A DNA stretch of 64,000 bases, from contig CAYVPB010000008.1 in NCBI GenBank assembly GCA_964453565.1, positions 614 through 64,613 on the forward strand. The letters run 5' to 3'. The notes under the pieces are model-generated. The model saw only the letters and a program-made list of their open reading frames with translations, was not told the DNA's origin and searched no databases. A program made the translations under genes and the position numbers. Shown here in pieces: positions 59,601 through 64,000 of the stretch; positions within the stretch are counted from its first letter, which is position 1, and each line of letters starts with the position of its first letter. The DNA comes from an uncultured Halomonas sp. GTDB taxonomy: Bacteria > Pseudomonadota > Gammaproteobacteria > Xanthomonadales > Wenzhouxiangellaceae.

Positions 59601-59729
59601 ATCGTCGGTGGCATGGCAATCAGTACTTTATTCACATTGATTCTGCTGCCCAGTCTGCTCAGAATGAACGAAGAAAAGAGTCCGGCCCGCGCCACGCGCG
59701 ATCTGCCGGCGGAGGGACAATTCGCATGA
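56649..59729 (+). CDS. efflux RND transporter permease subunit (AcrB/HAE-like)
   Basis: About 1030 aa with 12-TM RND topology. The ORF opens at TTG 56601, but GTG 56649 (M-PLTRLGLSNPVAVAV) gives the usual RND N-terminus. ATGA-coupled to the downstream adaptor gene. Confidence 0.9.
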   Translation: MPLTRLGLSNPVAVAVGCILLVIFGLLSLLRLPVQMTPNIDRPTISISTGWRAAAPAEIESEIVEPQEEQLRDVPGLKRMNSTASQGRGSITLEFDVGADLNRALIAVITRLNQVSSYPVDVTEPSVRVGTDQFGDTMAWFGIIPKAGNSRPIIEYQDFVQDVVQERIERIAGVASATPRGGRPFEVRIEFDPFQAASIGIDLARIGRQLGQNADVSAGFEEVGKRRYTLRFAGQYEIPDLESLVLEWRDGRPVFLGDVATIERVMRDSSGGMTQNTQPAIMMNVVAEPGVNILNVMNEVKAAVAELQQTRLDPAGLQMNQSSDDTIYIKQSVRMVVTNLMIGMLLAVGVLWWFFRRYRATMMVALAIPLCLCFSFMVLDGLGMSLNVISMAGLAFATGMVLDAAIVVLENIVRQREQGRDGFEAADRGASQVWGALVASTATTVAIFLPVFFLQDEAGQLFGDLAVVISAAIICSLFVAIIVLPAASWRLLGDRAMDDRHVHWWRNAAGYLMKLTDTRKRRIGWITGLIGVPLAIGIFLLPPADYLPEGQRNLVSAFVLAPPGMGPDTVQAELVDVINERIKPYLDGEKEPKLKNTFLGTFGSGAFIGVRTADEERSGEMIQVLNSEILAGFPDTFGRATRRAIFGGRGGRRIDVDLQAGDFEGLLEAGRVGYEKISELMPNANVRPQPSLELAEPELRMKPDDRRIAELGWTRSDVATMIRAMGSGAFLGEYFDGEKRLDVILRSERWENPEQLMATPLASPTGEIVTLGELVTLERTAGPNEIRRVDRSRTLTLQVTPPSGMPMETAIDLLRTEAEPAMRAVLPPDGIVTYRGTAEALGETLRSLAGSFVLAILILYLLISALFRSFKDSLLVVLTLPMATVGGVLGLRVVDLIYGQAMDMLTMIGFVILLGLVVNNAILLVYRARDEERAGRDRREAVRQAVGLRLRPILMSTFTSLFGMLPLLLLPGAGTELYRGLAAVIVGGMAISTLFTLILLPSLLRMNEEKSPARATRDLPAEGQFA

Positions 59730-60778
59730 ACATGAAATTTCTGGTCCTGCTTTGCGGGCTATCGGCATTCAGCGGCGTCCAGGCCCAGTTCGGTCAAGCC
59801 GCCCCGGTGGAAATCGATCAGGCCCAGATGATTGCCATGGCGCCGACCATGCAAGTCGCCGGAACCGTACTGTCCAGGTCCGACGCCCTGCTTTCGGCTG
59901 AAGTCGAAGGTCGTGTGCTGGAAATCGTCGAGCCCGGGCAGCGCTTCGATGCCGGGGATGTGCTGGCACGGATTGACGATACCGCGCTCAGGCTCAGGGC
60001 CGACGAACTGGCCGCCGAGATCGATAGCGTGGAAGCACGTCTGGCGTTCCTCGAAGCCGAACTGAACCGCTACCAGAGTCTGGCCCAGAGTAACCTGGCT
60101 TCGCGCACACAGATTGATCAGACCCGCTCCGAGCGCGATATCGCGCTCGGCAATCTGCGGGTCGCCAGAAGCCGGCTGGCGCAGCTTGAAGACCAGATCG
60201 AGCGCACCCGCGTGCGCGCACCTTTCGACGGTGTGGTTGCCCGCCGCCTGGTCCAGGCCGGCGAGCGGGTCTCTCAGGGCACGCAGATCATGCGTGTCTA
60301 CAACCCGGCCGATCTGGAAGTGGTCGCGCGCGCGCCGCTTTCCTATTATCGCTATCTGCAGCCCGGTGACGAATTGGCCGTAAGGCTCAACGACGAGGTG
60401 ATTGCGGCACCACTGCGAGCACTGGTCAGCCAGGGCAGCGAGTCGGTGCATGTGTTCGAACTTCGACTCGATCTGGAGCAGCCCCTGCCGGTCGGTCAGA
60501 CCGTCCGAGTCACCATCCCCACCGCCGACGTGCGCGAAGTCCTTGCGGTACCGCGTGACGCCCTGGTGTTGCGCGGCGATGGCGCCTCGGTCTACATCGT
60601 CGACGAGCAGAACACAGCCCGCCAGATCCGGGTCGGCGTCGGCATCGGCTCGGAAAACATGATCGAGGTGCGCGGGCCGATCAAACCCGGCGACCGCGTC
60701 GTCACCCGCGGCAACGAACGCCTCAGATCCGGCCAGGAAGTCCAGGTCATCGGCCAGGCCGAAGTTGGCCCGGCCTGA
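59726..60778 (+). CDS. efflux RND periplasmic adaptor subunit (HlyD/MFP family)
   Basis: Signal peptide, lipoyl-like hairpin (GDVLARIDD ... APFDGVVARR), a coiled-coil insert and a beta-barrel domain. Confidence 0.88.
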   Translation: MNMKFLVLLCGLSAFSGVQAQFGQAAPVEIDQAQMIAMAPTMQVAGTVLSRSDALLSAEVEGRVLEIVEPGQRFDAGDVLARIDDTALRLRADELAAEIDSVEARLAFLEAELNRYQSLAQSNLASRTQIDQTRSERDIALGNLRVARSRLAQLEDQIERTRVRAPFDGVVARRLVQAGERVSQGTQIMRVYNPADLEVVARAPLSYYRYLQPGDELAVRLNDEVIAAPLRALVSQGSESVHVFELRLDLEQPLPVGQTVRVTIPTADVREVLAVPRDALVLRGDGASVYIVDEQNTARQIRVGVGIGSENMIEVRGPIKPGDRVVTRGNERLRSGQEVQVIGQAEVGPA

Positions 60779-60785
60779 GCATGAC

Positions 60786-61017
60786 GCAGGAGCGGAAATC
60801 CGTCCGCGATTTGGTGGCTGATCCTTTCGCGGTCGGATACCGCTCCCACGGAATTCTGAAAGATCCGGAGTGAGCCGTAGGACCGGAGTCTGTCCGCGAT
60901 TTGGTGCCTGATTCCTTCGCGGTCAGATACCGCTCCCACAGAGTTCTGCAAGACCGGGGGTTGCCCGCGCGGGAGGGGGTTTCTGCTGTGGGAGCGGAAT
61001 CTGTCCGCGATAGCCTG
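60786..61017. repeat. cluster of REP-like palindromic elements (2.5 copies)
   Basis: Units of the form GGAGCGG-N6-GTCCGCGAT...TCGCGGTC-N6-CCGCTCCCAC at 60786..60851 and 60877..60943, plus a half unit CTGTGGGAGCGGAATCTGTCCGCGAT at 60985..61010. Confidence 0.75.
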
Positions 61018-61158
61018 GCCGAAGAATTTCGAATCTGACCGAAAATTCCGACCCGTTCCGAGATAAGCAGTGTCGAAGGCATCCGGGGGGATGGAAAGAC
61101 AGCACCTCGCTCGGCGCCGTTCGGCATTTATCCAATCCATGAACGGGAGAAAAAGGCA

Positions 61159-61773
61159 ATGAAAAGCGTGATGGCAAATCAGTATCCTGCGGCGGAAGTC
61201 GGAAGTCGGAAGTCGGAAGTCGGAAGTCGGAAGTCGGAAGTCGGAAGTAATCGACTCAAATTGCTAACCACGGGGTTCGTTCCCGGACCAATCCGCAGTC
61301 TTGCTACACTGATTCTTGTGGCCGGGTTGCTGGCTGTCTGCACTCAGCTCTACGCAACAACTGCGATCGTGTGCGTCGGCGAGGGCGAGGACCGCCAGTG
61401 CTGGGAGCAGACCATACAGCCTAAACACGGCTTCTCGCCAGGATCTCCAGGTCACCCCGGGAGTGGGGGAGGAGTTGGTGGGGATGACGGATTTGGTGGT
61501 GACGGAGGAGGTGCGCTCGAGATTCCACCTCTTGCTGCCGAGAATCCCGATAACAATAACGCCGACGCTGACTGTTCCTCGCTGGTGGAAGTCAGGATGG
61601 CGTATGCTGCCGGGGAGGTATCTTTCAATAGGGTCGTTACCGGAGGACAACCAGCGCCCGGCCAACTCTATCTGTTATCGTACCGAAACGGTCAAAGCGA
61701 GGTGTTTCAAGCGGGTCCGATTGCTTCAAGTATCGCTGGAGGACAACCAGCGCCCGGGTCTCCTTGCGGCTAG
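61159..61773 (+). CDS. hypothetical secreted/membrane protein carrying a 5' heptanucleotide repeat tract
   Basis: ATG with GGGAGA 8 nt upstream. The repeat is read as (EVGSRKS)n, then comes a hydrophobic segment LATLILVAGLLAVCTQLYA, a Gly-rich region and two GGQPAPG motifs. No recognised domain. GC is lower than the flanks. Confidence 0.45.
   Translation: MKSVMANQYPAAEVGSRKSEVGSRKSEVGSNRLKLLTTGFVPGPIRSLATLILVAGLLAVCTQLYATTAIVCVGEGEDRQCWEQTIQPKHGFSPGSPGHPGSGGGVGGDDGFGGDGGGALEIPPLAAENPDNNNADADCSSLVEVRMAYAAGEVSFNRVVTGGQPAPGQLYLLSYRNGQSEVFQAGPIASSIAGGQPAPGSPCG
61194..61249. repeat. tandem heptanucleotide repeat (GGAAGTC)x7 plus one imperfect unit
   Basis: Counted directly: perfect units at 61194, 61201, 61208, 61215, 61222, 61229 and 61236, then GGAAGTA at 61243..61249. 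Confidence 0.97.
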
Positions 61774-61784
61774 TGGATGTGATC

Positions 61785-62750
61785 ATGTCAGAGATCAAAG
61801 ATATAAAACCTCGGCTTGTCCTGGCGGTAGCTGCGATTCTGATTTTGTTTCTTGGCCTGATATTCCTTGCTCGATATGCGGGAAGTGGAAGCGGGGAGGG
61901 TCAATCATCAGCCATTGGAAACGCGCCCCAGGAGCGATCTGGCACCAAGCCAGTTGGCGAGCGGCCGGGGGCCATTGCCATATCACCCGAAACATTTGCC
62001 CGGGGGATTTCTCCCGGGCAACTTCAGAAAGCATTGTCCGAGGCTGAAACAGTTCACCGGGCAGAAATGAGATTCCATGACGCCCGGACCGCCAATGAGG
62101 CGTCTCAGGCGATTGAGCTGGCCGAATCCGAAAATTTGCCGGTTGCCAAGGATTGGCTGGCGGCCCTTGAAGGCTTTTGCTTTGACACATCGGAAGTAAA
62201 AGAGTATACATCTGGCCGGCAATGGCTGGATGATCGTCAAAGTAAATTTTGTGCCGGCTATCTCACTAAACGCTTGTTTGGCGACGCCCTTCCATTAAAT
62301 GATCTTTATGCTGATACATTTGCAAGGCAAATCCAGGGGGAAGTCACAGAAAGTCTGCGTGAAGTTAGCGCTTCCGATCAATCCGATTATATAACCATGC
62401 GGCTGAAGAACGCTCGATGGCCAGAGGAAGTGCAAGCAATTCAGCAGGCACTGGCGCAGTATAGAGAGCAATCAAGTACGGGCGTGAGCCCGTGGAACCC
62501 GCTGGAGCGGGCTCCTGAAGACTGGAGGAAACGGTATTCTCCTACATATGCGCAGAGTCAAGACCTGGCCTTGCATATGTATCGCTGCTACAAATTCAGG
62601 TCATGCGCCCCTGACAGTATCGACTTTATGAATACCTGTAGCGTGCTGCCGGAGTGTGAGGACTGGTGGACTATTGACGATTACTTCTACTACACTTCTA
62701 CTCCTCTGGAGATTCAGACAGCATACGAGATTCTGCAGAAGCTTCAATAG
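61785..62750 (+). CDS. hypothetical N-terminally anchored protein with Cys-rich C-terminus
   Basis: ATG at 61785 (MSEIKDIKPR), TM helix LVLAVAAILILFLGLIFLA, and about 280 aa of non-repetitive sequence ending CYKFRSCAPDSIDFMNTCSVLPECEDWW. GC is about 45%. No recognised domain. Confidence 0.55.
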   Translation: MSEIKDIKPRLVLAVAAILILFLGLIFLARYAGSGSGEGQSSAIGNAPQERSGTKPVGERPGAIAISPETFARGISPGQLQKALSEAETVHRAEMRFHDARTANEASQAIELAESENLPVAKDWLAALEGFCFDTSEVKEYTSGRQWLDDRQSKFCAGYLTKRLFGDALPLNDLYADTFARQIQGEVTESLREVSASDQSDYITMRLKNARWPEEVQAIQQALAQYREQSSTGVSPWNPLERAPEDWRKRYSPTYAQSQDLALHMYRCYKFRSCAPDSIDFMNTCSVLPECEDWWTIDDYFYYTSTPLEIQTAYEILQKLQ

Positions 62751-62802
62751 TCACGGTGGAATCGCCGAAATTGAGTTATTCCTGGCGGCATGAGCTGCCT
62801 TA

Positions 62803-63908
62803 TACTAATGCCTTCATAAATCGCGCCTCATAGTTTATAATATGAGGCATGGAAAAGCCACCTGCATTGGATACGAGAAAGCTTCCTCGCAAAGCCATGG
62901 AACAGCTGAGAATGGCGGCTGTCAGGCGAGTTGAGGATGGCGAAAGCCCGGAGGATGTTGCTGCTGCCCTGGGCATTAACCGACGCACAATCTATCGTTG
63001 GCTTTCGGCTTATCACTACGGTGGTGTCGATGCGTTGCGGCGAAAGAAAGCAACAGGTCGCCCGGGAAAGCTTTCGGGAAAGCAAATGGAGAAGTTGGTC
63101 AGAATTCTTCGCACCAAGAACCCGCTGCAATTGAAGTTCGAATACGCGCTGTGGACCATTGCGATGATTCGTCGACTGATTCGGGACCAGTTTGGTGTTG
63201 CTCTGAGTGACGTATCGGTGGGTCGTCTGCTGAAGCGGCTCGGCTTTTCGCCGCAACGTCCGATGTATCGCGCCTGGCAACAGGATGCCGAGCTGGTGGA
63301 GGCGTGGCGAGACAGGGAGTTTCCGGCGTTGGTGCGACGCGCCAGGCGCGAGAAGGCCTTGATTTTCTTTGCCGACGAGTCGGGAATTCGATCGGATTAC
63401 CATGCCGGCACGACCCGGGCGCCCAAAGGGCAGACTCCATTGGTCAAATCTACGGGCGCGCGATACTCGATGAACCTGATATCGGCTATCAATAATCAAG
63501 GACATTTTCGGTTCATGACCGTTGAAGGCTCGGTGACGGCACGCGTTTTCCGTGATTTCCTCAAACGACTGATCGCCGGTGCCGAGCGCAAGATCATATT
63601 GGTTGTTGATGGCCATCCTGCTCATCGTGCAAAGCTAGTGACAAACTTCGTCAAGGACAACAAGGGCGCGATCGAGCTGGTGTTCTTGCCGCCATATTCA
63701 CCTGAGCTCAATCCAGACGAGTTGGTGTGGGCGCATCTCAAGACACGTGTAGCCAGGAAGGCTGCCAAGACGAAGGATGAAATGATGACAGCGGTCAAGA
63801 GCGTCATGCGCAGTCTCCAGAAGTCACCCGTTACAGTTGCTGGATTCTTCAGAACCCCAACATGTGCCTATGCGAGTTTATGAGGCACGATTTATGACGG
63901 TATTAGTA
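62803..63908 (+). mobile_element. IS630-family insertion sequence (complete, ~1.1 kb)
   Basis: Terminal inverted repeats TACTAATGCCTTCATAAATCGCGCCTCATA (62803..62832) and, reverse-complemented, TACTAATACCGTCATAAATCGTGCCTCATA (63879..63908). They match at 27/30. The ends are TA-bounded, consistent with TA target duplication. There is a single transposase ORF. Confidence 0.9.
62849..63883 (+). CDS. IS630-family (Tc1/mariner-like) DDE transposase
   Basis: N-terminal HTH (INRRTIYRWL), then DDE residues in IFFADESGI, LVVDGHPAHRA and LPPYSPELNPDELVW. The stop lies inside the right inverted repeat. Confidence 0.92.
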   Translation: MEKPPALDTRKLPRKAMEQLRMAAVRRVEDGESPEDVAAALGINRRTIYRWLSAYHYGGVDALRRKKATGRPGKLSGKQMEKLVRILRTKNPLQLKFEYALWTIAMIRRLIRDQFGVALSDVSVGRLLKRLGFSPQRPMYRAWQQDAELVEAWRDREFPALVRRARREKALIFFADESGIRSDYHAGTTRAPKGQTPLVKSTGARYSMNLISAINNQGHFRFMTVEGSVTARVFRDFLKRLIAGAERKIILVVDGHPAHRAKLVTNFVKDNKGAIELVFLPPYSPELNPDELVWAHLKTRVARKAAKTKDEMMTAVKSVMRSLQKSPVTVAGFFRTPTCAYASL

Positions 63909-64000
63909 TCTGTCATTTGTCGATCAGATTGAAACGCTGATCCGTCAGCATCGGTAGGCGGTATCCGGGTAGTGTTCCGCGATCTTCTGAACTGCGTTTT

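Noticed and set aside
60786-61249. A possible CRISPR array, suggested by repeated ~30-60-bp units followed by a short tandem repeat.
   Set aside because: The units are self-complementary REP-type hairpins in mixed orientation with irregular spacing. The second block is a 7-bp microsatellite. No cas genes or leader are present.
61642-61758. A DGR-like template/variable repeat pair, suggested by the duplicated GGAGGACAACCAGCGCCCGG.
   Set aside because: The identity is only about 20 bp, with unrelated flanks. There is no adenine-specific mismatch pattern and no reverse transcriptase nearby.

Overview
This is a 64-kb, high-GC (roughly 62-65% by eye) chromosomal segment that looks gammaproteobacterial from its gene content and synteny: aroQ-accB-accC/prmA, tlpA-dsbD-cutA, groES-groEL, glnE, waaA/lpxL, tolC and zapE. 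I can support about 55 protein-coding genes. I saw no rRNA, tRNA or CRISPR array. Most of the window is housekeeping. The parts worth attention are listed here.
(1) The 3' end (about 61.1-63.9 kb) is a low-GC (about 45-50%) islet. It holds two orphan membrane/secreted protein genes and a complete IS630-family element. The first orphan gene carries a perfect (GGAAGTC)x7 heptanucleotide tract just after its start codon, which makes it a candidate phase-variation switch.
(2) At 47.9-56.1 kb there is a translationally coupled MlaC-like / HpnN-like MMPL-RND / HpnL-like membrane protein operon. It is flanked by an HpnA-like SDR, a sulfotransferase and a GMC oxidoreductase. I read this as a possible uncharacterised envelope-lipid modification and trafficking system.
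(3) A tightly packed Amidoligase_2 / C26 gamma-glutamyl hydrolase-like pair sits directly upstream of glnE.
(4) An LpxL-like (variant catalytic motif) / NodB-like deacetylase / sulfotransferase trio is present.
(5) A WaaL-like::GT2 fusion gene lies in the waaA-lpxL core-LPS locus.
(6) The DsbD has a tandemly duplicated N-terminal domain.
(7) A zrgABCD-like zinc uptake locus has a textbook Zur box, shared with a divergent MerC-like gene.
There are also several REP-like palindromic repeats, intrinsic terminators and unexplained palindromes. All calls rest on reading the supplied ORF translations and the DNA by eye. No database search was possible, so family names are recognitions from motifs.
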